A stretch of DNA of 60,666 bases, filler included. It is 7 parts of 7 records of this genome, joined end to end, with 100 filler letters (N's around TTAATTAATTAA, not from the genome) between each part and the next. Parts side by side here need not be neighbours in the genome. Positions count along the whole stretch, not along the records: positions 1 to 16,068 come from SRR31147125_39322; positions 16,169 to 25,288 come from SRR31147125_39334; 5 more parts are not named here. One strand, given 5' to 3'. Numbering within the stretch: the stretch's first letter is position 1; each line of letters starts with the position of its first letter. The notes beneath the pieces are model-generated. The model was given only the letters and a program-made list of their open reading frames with translations, had not been told where the DNA came from and did no database searches. Below, piece after piece: positions 11,273-20,747 of the stretch. A program made the position numbers and the translations under genes.

Positions 11273-11298
11273 GTACCGAAAACCGGACTTGAACCGGT
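11273..11298 (-). pseudogene. 3' fragment of a tRNA (T-arm plus acceptor strand, Leu-like)
   Basis: Minus strand ACCGG-TTCAAGT-CCGGT-TTTCGGT-A; no D arm or anticodon arm upstream. Confidence 0.55.
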
Positions 11299-11425
11299 CC
11301 CACTCTGCTCACCATAGCCCTTGGGCGAAGGATGGAAATAACGTCGGCTACGAAGGTCGTGCTTAAGCGAAGGAGTGTGCTCCGTCCCTACTTTAATCTT
11401 TATACTTTATTCTTTGATCTTGGAA

Positions 11426-13291
11426 TTAGTCGTTAACGACTAATTTGCTCACTTTCCCATCCATTCCCGAAACGATCAGTGAATTTCCATCAATCACCGG
11501 TGTATTCAGCAGGTTGCTTCCGATACGGTGGCCCCAAAGGATCTCTCCATCTTTGGCATCCAGAGAATAAACAAAACCGAATTGAGTGGCAAAATATACC
11601 TTTCCATCTACTTCAACAGGATTAGAAGGATCGATCTCAAAACCGTAATTCACTTCGGAACTCCAGCGGGTTTCGGGCTCATCCCTTTCTGTGGATACGG
11701 CGCAAACAATATCCCACATAGTTTTGGCATAGACTGTTGATCCGTCCTCGGATAAGCCGATATTCTCACGAACTTTGAAGGTATCGGAGCGCCAGACCGT
11801 TGTACCGTCTTCAATATTGATCGCGGACATTACTCTGTCGGGAGCGACCACAAAAACCTTTCCATTGGCATATACGGGATGAACAACCGCCGGCGAATAC
11901 AGCAATCCGCTTTTTTCACCCTTCCACAGCCACATCATACGACCGCTTTCAGCATCAAGAGCATAAAGTAAGGTGTTCCAGGCACCAAAAATAACTTTTC
12001 CTTCAGCTATGAGCGGTTTGGTCTCTATATATGTGGGAATGAACATAAAATCCCAGACGAGTTTACCGCTACGGGAATCTAGAGCTCTGAATTTTCCGTC
12101 CGAGCCACCAAAATATACTTTTTTATCATATACCACCGGATGCGCAACAATAGAAGCACCGGCTTTATAACTCCAGATCTTTTCACCCGTAGAATAATCC
12201 AGACAATACAAGCTTGAATCGGTAGAAGTTACATATACCAGTGAACTGTCAAATGCCGGTTCGGTAAAGATCGGACCACCGGTTTCATATGTCCATACTT
12301 GTTTACCATTTTTAGCTGATAGCGCGATGATATTTCCTGAACGATTTCCAAAAATAACAATATCGTCTTTTAAACCAACGGCGGCTGTAATGGAATATTC
12401 AGAGTCATAAGTCCAATCAACATCTACTTCAGGATACTCGCTATTAATGGACATATCCGGCATTAAAGTTTCGTGAGAAGATGTGTATTCAAACTCTGTC
12501 AGGGCTTGCACCAACCAGGGATCAAGTGTTTCCTTTTCAAGTGGACGGCGTTCTGTCCAAGTCATCGTGTCATTTTCAATAGAGACAATATTATATCCAC
12601 CAGCGCCACCACGACTCAAGTTTGAGCGCCCCATGATCCCTGTTACATCAGAATAATCATTTAAACGGTTCCTGTGTCCGTGACCATGCATGACCGCCTG
12701 CACATTGTAATGCTTGATCAATTCTAAAAAATCATAGGAATTAGTTACGGTGTGGTCCATAGGATAATGGGTAACAAAAAACACCGGCTGAGCTTTTCGT
12801 TTCATATTGTTAAGTGCATCATCCACCCAGTTGATATCTTCGCGGGCAATAAAACCTTCACCCATTCTCATCAAAGGTCCTTGATTTACACCAATAAATC
12901 TATAGCCACCGTATTCAACATTAAATTTATCGTCACCGAAAAGTTTTTTGAATTTTTCACCGCCGGATGCCGACCATTTAAGTTCATGATTACCGGGAAT
13001 AATATGATAGGGCATTTTCAACTCATCCATGATCTTTTTGACCGTATCCAATTCCCCTGCCAGATCGTATTCCGTGGCATCACCGGCCAGGATCACAAAA
13101 TCTATGCTTTCCAGTTCATTGATATCACGAACGGAATTCCTCAGGTCATCTGCTCCAACTGCCGTTCCGATATGTGTATCGGCAAGAAAGGCGAATGTGA
13201 TGGGCTTGGTTTTTACTTCACCGCAGGAGGTGAAGGAAAGGACGATCAAAATCATTGAAATGATCGTGATAAAAACTTTTTGTCTCTTCAT
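11426..13291 (-). CDS. Lipoprotein: calcineurin-like metallophosphoesterase plus PQQ-like beta-propeller
   Basis: Lipobox FTSC; DTH, GD, GNHE and GHGH motifs; repeated LYALD-x-TG-x-x-x-W blades. Confidence 0.88.
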   Translation of the reverse strand: MKRQKVFITIISMILIVLSFTSCGEVKTKPITFAFLADTHIGTAVGADDLRNSVRDINELESIDFVILAGDATEYDLAGELDTVKKIMDELKMPYHIIPGNHELKWSASGGEKFKKLFGDDKFNVEYGGYRFIGVNQGPLMRMGEGFIAREDINWVDDALNNMKRKAQPVFFVTHYPMDHTVTNSYDFLELIKHYNVQAVMHGHGHRNRLNDYSDVTGIMGRSNLSRGGAGGYNIVSIENDTMTWTERRPLEKETLDPWLVQALTEFEYTSSHETLMPDMSINSEYPEVDVDWTYDSEYSITAAVGLKDDIVIFGNRSGNIIALSAKNGKQVWTYETGGPIFTEPAFDSSLVYVTSTDSSLYCLDYSTGEKIWSYKAGASIVAHPVVYDKKVYFGGSDGKFRALDSRSGKLVWDFMFIPTYIETKPLIAEGKVIFGAWNTLLYALDAESGRMMWLWKGEKSGLLYSPAVVHPVYANGKVFVVAPDRVMSAINIEDGTTVWRSDTFKVRENIGLSEDGSTVYAKTMWDIVCAVSTERDEPETRWSSEVNYGFEIDPSNPVEVDGKVYFATQFGFVYSLDAKDGEILWGHRIGSNLLNTPVIDGNSLIVSGMDGKVSKLVVND

Positions 13292-13380
13292 ATTAAATAT
13301 CCTCTACATATACGACGCACCATAGTGCTTCTCAATAAAAACAAACATTTTATTTCAATTCATTAATTCATTTACGATCC

Positions 13381-13457
13381 CTGATCCCCGGTCTCTGGTC
13401 TCTGATCTCTGATCTCTGATCTCTGATCACTGGTCACTGGTTCCTGGTCTCTGGTTA
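13381..13457. repeat. Heptamer tandem repeat, 11 degenerate CTG(A/G)TCT units
   Basis: ctgatcc ccggtct ctggtct ctgatct x3 ctgatca ctggtca ctggttc ctggtct ctggtta. Confidence 0.9.
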
Positions 13458-14474
13458 GTAACGCACAATTCCTGTTGTTGTTTCCTTGTCCGGCAAACAT
13501 CTTAAAATGGTCGTCGTACGATATTGGGCAAAATCAGCTAAAGCATCTTTTGCCAAGTAAGGTGTATATAATCCTTCTTCGTTGACCGTAGAGCCGCCCG
13601 ATTCAAGAAAATACAGTTCATCATTAATTTCAACCAGCAAGCCCATGTGACCGCTTTTGATCACTGCATCACCGGCTTGCATTAATTCAATTTGAGCATC
13701 GCTTGGAGTAGCACCCCTGTTTATTGTGGTGATCAGTTCTCCGACTTTAGGAAAGTCCGACACCTCTAATCTAAAATTGTTCGTCGTACCACCACGTCCT
13801 CCACCATCAGATATTGATGGATTTCGATCACATATGTACTTAAACCCCATCCAGGAAAATGCTGCCTCCGCATCTGTGGAATCAAGAAGACCCAAAAGAA
13901 CGGCTGCTTCATAGGGCGAGGCGCCAAAACCGGAACAATCCATACCATAACGTTCTATTGATGTTGAGTGCGAGGATGCGGTTTGAGGCTGATCGCGATC
14001 TGTAATATCGCCGCCCCAGCGGTAAAAACTATTACCAAAGAAATCGACATAACTTTCGTATATAAATAGCGTCAAAGCATTAAGCGCCTGATATTTCTGC
14101 AAACTATTCAAAGAATCAAGATATGGTGCGATCGCAGGTTGTAATACTTGATCAAAGAATGCCTGATTATCGGTGACATAACCATCCAAAGTATCCGTCA
14201 TGTCCGCTTGAGTATATTCGGCGATAAAATCACCAACCGCCCCGTCATAAAACACAGCTTGCAATGCAGGCGTTACTTCGGGAACAGGTATGGCGCGAGG
14301 GAATTCATCAAAACCAATTCGCTTTGGCGAGGTCAGAAGAACAGTTTGTTGTTTATCATGAACAATTGGATCGATTCCCGGTTCATTTTCAATTTCGGTT
14401 TCGAGTACAGTTAAAGTATTATTACAAGAAAACAGAAGTAATAAAAGCAAGGGAAACAAAATCAGTTTTTTCAT
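13455..14474 (-). CDS. Lipoprotein with NlpC/P60-like papain-fold catalytic motifs
   Basis: Lipobox LFSC; YRWGG...GMDCSGF...GDAVI-x3-GHMGL. Confidence 0.65.
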   Translation of the reverse strand: MKKLILFPLLLLLLFSCNNTLTVLETEIENEPGIDPIVHDKQQTVLLTSPKRIGFDEFPRAIPVPEVTPALQAVFYDGAVGDFIAEYTQADMTDTLDGYVTDNQAFFDQVLQPAIAPYLDSLNSLQKYQALNALTLFIYESYVDFFGNSFYRWGGDITDRDQPQTASSHSTSIERYGMDCSGFGASPYEAAVLLGLLDSTDAEAAFSWMGFKYICDRNPSISDGGGRGGTTNNFRLEVSDFPKVGELITTINRGATPSDAQIELMQAGDAVIKSGHMGLLVEINDELYFLESGGSTVNEEGLYTPYLAKDALADFAQYRTTTILRCLPDKETTTGIVRY

Positions 14475-15934
14475 AAAACAATAACCCGTCCTTCTATCTC
14501 TGAATTAATGACAGGATCTTTTTTTACTGCATCGATCAATACATCTCTATCGATCAATCCTGTTTCATTCATGATTTCGATCTTCTTGCCAAAATATTTT
14601 TCTGCTTGAGAAGCCGAATAATTATTCAAACATATGGTATAGGTTCTCTCGGGATTCACTTCTTCTTCGTTTACAATTATATCAACCAAACCTTCTTTGC
14701 GTTCCAGCATCATGTATAATCCGGATACCTGCATGGAACGGCCCTGTCTGGCCATATAATCCAGTGCTTCCACCAGCTCTTTTCCGGTCCATTCAAAGGT
14801 AACCAGCGTATTGCCAAATGGGGAAATTTCCCAAATATCGCGGACCTTGATTGGTCCCGCGTTTAAGTTTTTGCGAATGCCACCGTTATTCATCATGGCA
14901 ATATCTGCGCGGGTAGCTTCTTTAAATGCATCTGCTATCCAATTTCCCAGATTTGATTCATCGCCACCGCGAGTCCAGGGCTTTTCAAGTGTACCAATAG
15001 TCACATCCATGACTTCTGCGATCTCGGATTCAAATTTATTTACGACGGCAGCAACATCTTTGGATGGTTTCAGCTTACCGGAAACCGTTTCGACATATTC
15101 CATATCCAGCTCAGTGATATCACCGTTCTCTACATGAAATTTAGTTACGCCAACGTAACGACCATGATCGTCCGCCTGAACGATCCAGACACCATTGACT
15201 TCTTCAGCTTCTCTCATATAGGTATGAGAATGGCCGCCAACGATCAAATCGATCTCGGGAACCGCTTCTGCGAGACGCCTGTCAAGTCCAATACCCATAT
15301 GTGAAACCACCACAAAAAGATCAATACCTCTGGATCCCAGAGTCTCTGTCAGGGTTTTCGCTGTTTCAATGGGATCTGCTACTTCAATGCCTTCAAGATT
15401 TTGGGGCATGGTTAATTCATTAAGATAGGGGTTGGTCAAAGCAATTAAAGCAAAACGGTAACCTTTCCTAAAAAATATTCTAAATTGCGGTGTAGGGCTT
15501 TCTCCCGTTTTCGTATCGATCAAGTTTGCCGCATACATACCAAATTCGGCATGGTTCATGCGCAATGAATCAAGGTACTTCCAAGAATAATCGAATTCAT
15601 GGTTCCCAATGGTAAAAAAATCCGGTTTAACCACATTTAAGATCTCGATCTGTGATAAACCTTTTGTGATCGCGCAAGTAGGAGAACCCTGAAAATCATC
15701 ACCGGCATTCACCTTGAGAGCACCCGGATATACTTTTTCCAGACTGTCCAGATATGCATCGAAAAGCGCGTAGCCGCCGACTGCGTGTTTTTCCGGATTA
15801 TAACTTGTGGGTACCCACTCGGTATTATGTGAATGAAAATCGTTCCAATGTAAGATCGTAATGTCGGCCGATGGCGACGAACATGACATCAGTACGATCA
15901 ACACCGTTACTAAAACTGCGTTGAAATACTTCAT
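14471..15934 (-). CDS. Bifunctional metallophosphatase/5'-nucleotidase lipoprotein
   Basis: NDFH, AGDDFQG, GNHEFD, SHMG and GGHSH motifs; C-domain NNGGIR and PFGN. Confidence 0.92.
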   Translation of the reverse strand: MKYFNAVLVTVLIVLMSCSSPSADITILHWNDFHSHNTEWVPTSYNPEKHAVGGYALFDAYLDSLEKVYPGALKVNAGDDFQGSPTCAITKGLSQIEILNVVKPDFFTIGNHEFDYSWKYLDSLRMNHAEFGMYAANLIDTKTGESPTPQFRIFFRKGYRFALIALTNPYLNELTMPQNLEGIEVADPIETAKTLTETLGSRGIDLFVVVSHMGIGLDRRLAEAVPEIDLIVGGHSHTYMREAEEVNGVWIVQADDHGRYVGVTKFHVENGDITELDMEYVETVSGKLKPSKDVAAVVNKFESEIAEVMDVTIGTLEKPWTRGGDESNLGNWIADAFKEATRADIAMMNNGGIRKNLNAGPIKVRDIWEISPFGNTLVTFEWTGKELVEALDYMARQGRSMQVSGLYMMLERKEGLVDIIVNEEEVNPERTYTICLNNYSASQAEKYFGKKIEIMNETGLIDRDVLIDAVKKDPVINSEIEGRVIVL

Positions 15935-16068
15935 ATTGCTATCCCTTTTATTTATCTCCCATTCTCTCCAGAATATAATAGGTTTTTGTCTGTACGCTTA
16001 TTGTACTATCTTGTACGCTGCTATATGGCTCTGAAACGACAGAGTTGATCTCCCATCCATTTTCATAA

Positions 16069-16168
16069 NNNNNNNNNNNNNNNNNNNNNNNNNNNNNNNN
16101 NNNNNNNNNNNNTTAATTAATTAANNNNNNNNNNNNNNNNNNNNNNNNNNNNNNNNNNNNNNNNNNNN
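16069..16168. other. Artificial contig spacer; identical spacers at 25289-25388, 32102-32201, 39922-40021, 48707-48806 and 54312-54411
   Basis: N44-TTAATTAATTAA-N44; genes are truncated at the edges and composition shifts across several spacers. Confidence 0.98.
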
Positions 16169-16718
16169 CCTCCGCCCGAAGCTATGGCACCCCGTTGACC
16201 GGTCTCTTCAAAATCCGCCTGAATCACAATTTATTGCAACGCTCATGGGGGAGCCCGATCAACGGATCCTGGCGGCCAGCGATGCCGGATACGGATTTGT
16301 GACGGTTTTGGAGAACATGTATACGCGCAACCTCAAAGGCAAGGCGTTCTTGAGCCTGCCGCCGGGCGCGGGGCCGTTGCCGCCGCAGCGCATTGTCGCC
16401 GAAACGGAAACGCTCTACATCGCTGCCGTCACCCTGCAGGGGCGTCTGCTGGTTTTTCCGCTGAGCGAATTGCCCGAACTCCCCAAGGGCAAAGGGAACA
16501 AGATGATTCACATCCCGCCCAAAGATATCAAGGATGGGCAGGACCGATTACTCTTCTTCCGTCTGTTGAACGAGGAGAACAAGTTGATCGTCCACGCAGG
16601 AAAACGCTTCTTTGCCATGACCCATGGCAATATCCAGGACTTCATCGGCGGGCGCGGCAAACGCGGGAAGAAGTTGCCGCGGGGATTCCGGAATGTGAAC
16701 GACGTGACGGTTGAATAG
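16169..16718 (+). CDS. parC: DNA topoisomerase IV subunit A, C-terminal fragment (indel near 16210)
   Basis: SARSYGTPLTG, ASDAGYGF, LPELPKGKGNKMI and GGRGKRGKKLPRG match the ParC C-terminal domain. Confidence 0.88.
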
Positions 16719-16776
16719 GAGCGGTTGCGCTTTTCACGGGTGGACGCCATTTACGACCAACCGATCGGAGAGTGAG

Positions 16777-17442
16777 ATGCAACAACATCGACTGCTTGTG
16801 ACTGTTTTGATCGTTGCCGTCTTATTGGCGCTTGCCGGATGCGCCGGGGGCGGCGCTCCGGAGACGCGCCGACCCGCAACGTTGAGGGCGGGTGATCGGG
16901 CGCAACGCATCCCGGCCGGCCATTGCCGGATCATGGGGATCGACATCCGCAAGGACAACGTCAGCGATGTCGAAGCGGCCTTGGGAGAATCCTATTTTTA
17001 CTACCGGGGAGACTTCGATATAGGTAACTGCTATGTGAGCCGGGACGGCAGCTTTCTCGAATTCTTCGTCTCTTCGACCAGTATCGGTTATGCGGTCTCC
17101 AAAGTGCTCGGCAATGGCGTGCGGGCTGAACGCTGCGTGTCGATAGCGGCCGCCGCCTCCGACCTCGTGAATGAAGCCGGATTGAGGCTCGGTCTCAGCC
17201 GAGACGAGATCCACTATCTACTGGGGCCGACCAGCAGACGATCGGCCGATTCAGACCGATACCAATACATCTTTAGATTGCAGGAGAGGGCCGACGCCGC
17301 GACGGCGGAAAAAATTCGCCGGTCGGATCAGTTGCCTCCCGACCAGGAAATCTGGCTCAATCTCTACGCCGCCATTAAAGTCTATTTCGAACAGGATATC
17401 GTAGTGGGATTCGAGATCGACCGATCGGATGCCTTTCGATAA
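16777..17442 (+). CDS. Hypothetical lipoprotein
   Basis: Lipobox LAGC after a hydrophobic leader; GLRLGLSRDEIHYLLGP BamE/BLIP-like motif. Confidence 0.7.
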   Translation: MQQHRLLVTVLIVAVLLALAGCAGGGAPETRRPATLRAGDRAQRIPAGHCRIMGIDIRKDNVSDVEAALGESYFYYRGDFDIGNCYVSRDGSFLEFFVSSTSIGYAVSKVLGNGVRAERCVSIAAAASDLVNEAGLRLGLSRDEIHYLLGPTSRRSADSDRYQYIFRLQERADAATAEKIRRSDQLPPDQEIWLNLYAAIKVYFEQDIVVGFEIDRSDAFR

Positions 17443-17448
17443 GAAGCC

Positions 17449-17874
17449 ATGGAAATATTAGAGATAAAAGCGTTTGAACCTAAGCTGCTTGAAGCTCTGA
17501 ACAGGCTGCTGCCGCAACTGTCGGAGGCCGTATCTCCGATCGACGAGATCGACCTTCGCAGGCTGATAGATTCACCGTCATCGCAGCTTTTGATGGCTGT
17601 GGACGGTGAGACCTATGTCGGCAGTTTGACCTTGGTTCTTTTTTACTTGCCGACCGGTATGCGGGCCCGTATCGAAGATGTGGTGGTCGACCGGTCTGCC
17701 CGCGGTAAGGGTATAGGAAAAGCCCTTATCATCCGTGCCATAGATTCGGCACGCACCTCCGGCGCAAATGCCGTCGATCTGACTTCAAACCCCAATCGGC
17801 AGGTCGCCAACGCTCTTTACAAGCGAATGGGATTCGAGCGCCACCACACCAATGTTTACCGATATAAACTGTAG
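17449..17874 (+). CDS. GNAT-family N-acetyltransferase
   Basis: IEDVVVDRSARGKGIGK; LTSNPNRQVANALYKRMGF. Confidence 0.92.
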   Translation: MEILEIKAFEPKLLEALNRLLPQLSEAVSPIDEIDLRRLIDSPSSQLLMAVDGETYVGSLTLVLFYLPTGMRARIEDVVVDRSARGKGIGKALIIRAIDSARTSGANAVDLTSNPNRQVANALYKRMGFERHHTNVYRYKL

Positions 17875-17909
17875 CCGACTCTCTTTAGGGCCGCCGCCGG
17901 CAAGCCCGA

Positions 17910-19700
17910 TCAGGGGCACGGCGCATCGCTTTCGGGCAGGCAGGTGTGCTCGATCTCTTCTTGCAGCTTTTTAAGATCTTCCAGGAAACGTTCCCGCTGC
18001 TCATCGATGAACTGTTTGGTCAGATCCCGATAGTAGTCGATGCCCTCGAGCAGTTTTGACTTGAACGCGTCGAAGAAGCCGACCTGCCGGTTAGAGATGC
18101 GTTGGGAAAAGAGGGTGATCTCCTCTTTCAGGTAGTCCAGATTCAGGCGCATCTCCTCGATGAACATATGGGGGCGTTCGCTTTTGAATACAAGCGACAG
18201 GCGGCCGTAAATGTGATCGATCATCTCTTCCAGGGAGAAGGTGCGGTTGAAGTTGCGGATATTGGGTCCGCAGCAGATCGCCGGTGTGGCCTTCCGGTCG
18301 GTGTTGTGGTTCAGACTGACCGCACCTGCCAGGTCATGACAGAGGCAGGATTTTTCAAGAATGCGCTCTTTTAGAGCTGTTTTCTGTTCGTCTGGTGCAC
18401 TCTCTTTGGAAAGCTGGGCCAGTTTCTTCTTCGTATACGACCTTGAGGCCACGCACAGGGGCTTTCCTGGAAAATCCAGGTTCAGCAGGCAGAGTCCTTT
18501 GGGGCAGGGGCTGCCCGGATTGCCCTGGTCGATCCGTTTCCGCCGCATCTCTTCGCTGGCAGAGGTGCGCAAATTCCAGAATCGAACCCCCAGCGGAGAG
18601 CTGTTGCTCAGGTAAACATCCTCTTTTTTGGCGGTGCAAAGTTTGTCGAGATGATCCGGATCTACATTGGTAACCTCAGGAACGAGCATGAACGGCGTTC
18701 CCCAACCGGTACCGTTAATATCGTAATATTGCAGAAGAAAATTGTCTTCATGGGATGTGCCGATGCCTCCCTGGGCGGTAATGCGGATCTTCAGCGGGTG
18801 GGCGGCTACCGGTCGATCCATCTCTTCAAGCGCTTTTGTGTAGACCTTGTGAAGGCTCTCTCTGAGCATGTGCCTGTTTTGCTTAAACTGTTCGAGTACG
18901 GGGCCCATCAGGCTACACCCTGACGCAAACGCGTGTCCGCCACAGTTGAGGCCGGATTCTATCCTGAATTCCGAAACCCACAATCCCCGTTTGGCCAGGA
19001 ATTTGCCTTGTATCAGGGCTGAGCGATAGTCGCTCACCTTGACAATAATTCTTTTTTGTAAACGGCCCTGCGCGTCCTGGAAAAAATCGTCGAACTGTGC
19101 AGCGTATCGATAGAGCCGCTGGTTGATACCGGCGGAAAAGACGATGCCGGAGTGCAAGTCGCTGCGTGCATAACCCCGCAGCGCCTGCATGGCATCCGCA
19201 TATTCGGCCGGCAGCTCATCGCCGTTGTAAAATCGGCCGCCGTCCAGTTTGGTCATGATGTTGACATCGATACTGCCGGCAACGATCTGCCTGCGAAGTC
19301 TCTCCTGCAGTTTGGTTTTAACAGCGCTGTCTCGTTCCGACAACATGCGCGAATATTCTTCTTTGAGCCTGGACGGCGGCAACAGTTCGAAATAGCGGTC
19401 AATGTCGCTGCCTTTCCTGAAGGGTTCGTTCCTGAGCGTCTCGATCTGCCGGCGCACCTTCCGATCGATAAAATCGAGATAGGCGGTGATGCGTTGCGCA
19501 CGGGTATCCGGTCCATTCTCGATCGGTTCATAGGGATCTCCGCAACTTCTGCAGTGAAACTTGCGCACCTGCTCGATGAGGGTGTCGTCGACCAGCGAAA
19601 CGACCGATGAGATACCATAGCGTGCAACTCTGAGAGGCGTGTCGATGCTGAAACCGGTTCCCATTACCGGGATATGAAAAGAGTGGGGGGACAGTGGCAT
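17910..19700 (-). CDS. Conserved hypothetical protein; putative FMN TIM-barrel (nitronate monooxygenase/FabK/FabX-like) with Cys cluster
   Basis: HSFHIPVMG, ESGLNCGGH, AQGGIG, GWGTPF, SSPLG, CPKGLC and KSCLCHDL motifs. Confidence 0.6.
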   Translation of the reverse strand: MPLSPHSFHIPVMGTGFSIDTPLRVARYGISSVVSLVDDTLIEQVRKFHCRSCGDPYEPIENGPDTRAQRITAYLDFIDRKVRRQIETLRNEPFRKGSDIDRYFELLPPSRLKEEYSRMLSERDSAVKTKLQERLRRQIVAGSIDVNIMTKLDGGRFYNGDELPAEYADAMQALRGYARSDLHSGIVFSAGINQRLYRYAAQFDDFFQDAQGRLQKRIIVKVSDYRSALIQGKFLAKRGLWVSEFRIESGLNCGGHAFASGCSLMGPVLEQFKQNRHMLRESLHKVYTKALEEMDRPVAAHPLKIRITAQGGIGTSHEDNFLLQYYDINGTGWGTPFMLVPEVTNVDPDHLDKLCTAKKEDVYLSNSSPLGVRFWNLRTSASEEMRRKRIDQGNPGSPCPKGLCLLNLDFPGKPLCVASRSYTKKKLAQLSKESAPDEQKTALKERILEKSCLCHDLAGAVSLNHNTDRKATPAICCGPNIRNFNRTFSLEEMIDHIYGRLSLVFKSERPHMFIEEMRLNLDYLKEEITLFSQRISNRQVGFFDAFKSKLLEGIDYYRDLTKQFIDEQRERFLEDLKKLQEEIEHTCLPESDAPCP

Positions 19701-19826
19701 AGTACCGCCTTTTAAGCGTGATGAATTGGTCGAATGATGGCACCTGTTTTGGGGGCGTTTCCGCGAGGGGCCGACCAGGGACCGCTCCATAGCAATTTAT
19801 TTTGGTCCAGAGGACATCAACCAGCA

Positions 19827-19855
19827 ACTATACTGTGCGCACAGTGCATGCACAA
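19827..19855 (-). promoter_or_regulatory. Sigma70-like promoter overlapped by two palindromes
   Basis: TTGTGC-N17-TATAGT on minus; ACTGTGCGCACAGT (19832-19845) and GTGCATGCAC (19844-19853). Confidence 0.55.
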
Positions 19856-19878
19856 CCTTAAACTATGTTTGAAAGCGG

Positions 19879-20511
19879 TTATCGGGTAAAAGGGTTGTTG
19901 TTTTTCTCATAAAATATGGTTGAAGAGGGTCTCTGCCCGTAGTCGTGGCCTGGCCAGACGATGGTGTCGTCGGGCAGGGTGTAGATCCGATTCCGGATGG
20001 AGGCGGCAAGCTTGCGGGCGCTGCCGCCGGGCAGATCGGTTCGGCCCACGGCGCCCACAAAGAGAGTGTCCCCGGTGAAGAGGTGGCCCTGGGTGTAAAG
20101 GCAAATGCTGCCCGGTGTGTGACCCGGGGTGTGCAGCACCCTCAGTTCGATGGTGCCGATGCGCAAAAGATCGCCATCGATCAGCCGGCGATCCGGCGGC
20201 GGGGACCCTTTACCGCCCATCATGCGGGCGAATGCTTTACCCGCAATCTTTGTCAGGGCTGCCGCGTCATTCTCGTGGATGTACAGCTTTGCGCGGGTCG
20301 ACCGGATGACCTCCGCGTTGCCTGCCGAGTGGTCGGCATGGTGGTGGGTGTTGATCAAGTGGGTGATGGTGTAGCCCGCCTTGGTTGCCAATTCAACGAT
20401 ACGTGCCACGTCGAAGGCGGGATCGATGAGGGCTGCGCTGCCGCTGGCCTCATCTCCCAACAGGTAGCAGAAGGTCGCCATCCGGCTCAACTTGATCTGT
20501 TCTATTCTCAT
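19879..20511 (-). CDS. MBL-fold hydrolase, glyoxalase II-like
   Basis: THHHADH, HTPGHTPG, FTGDTLF and PGHDY motifs. Confidence 0.9.
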   Translation of the reverse strand: MRIEQIKLSRMATFCYLLGDEASGSAALIDPAFDVARIVELATKAGYTITHLINTHHHADHSAGNAEVIRSTRAKLYIHENDAAALTKIAGKAFARMMGGKGSPPPDRRLIDGDLLRIGTIELRVLHTPGHTPGSICLYTQGHLFTGDTLFVGAVGRTDLPGGSARKLAASIRNRIYTLPDDTIVWPGHDYGQRPSSTIFYEKNNNPFTR

Positions 20512-20631
20512 CGTTCTGTGGTGGACTCCGGTTTGAGAAGACAAAATTTCATCGCATGCTGCCAGAAAAGCTGTGGATGGTCAAGATCGGCAGTGTTGGC
20601 CGCCGATAGGAGGGTTCGAGCGTGAGCACCG

Positions 20632-20665
20632 TTGACACGCTGGCGGCTTTTTTTATTATGCCGCC
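20632..20665 (+). promoter_or_regulatory. Candidate comEC promoter with overlapping inverted repeat
   Basis: TTGACA-N16-TATTAT; GGCGGC...GCCGCC flanks the -10 box. Confidence 0.4.
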
Positions 20666-20747
20666 GTTTTTCCGAAAGATGCCGCCCGTTGATTTGGTTC
20701 TTCCTCGATATTGATTCCCATCTTTTATTTTGCGGGCATGATAGCCG

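Noticed and set aside
11230-11400. Complete tRNA gene
   Set aside because: Only the T-arm and 3' acceptor strand are present; no complementary 5' strand, D arm or anticodon arm
13381-13457. CRISPR array (also considered for 25031-25098)
   Set aside because: Units are 7-8 bp with no spacers, and there are no cas genes in the window
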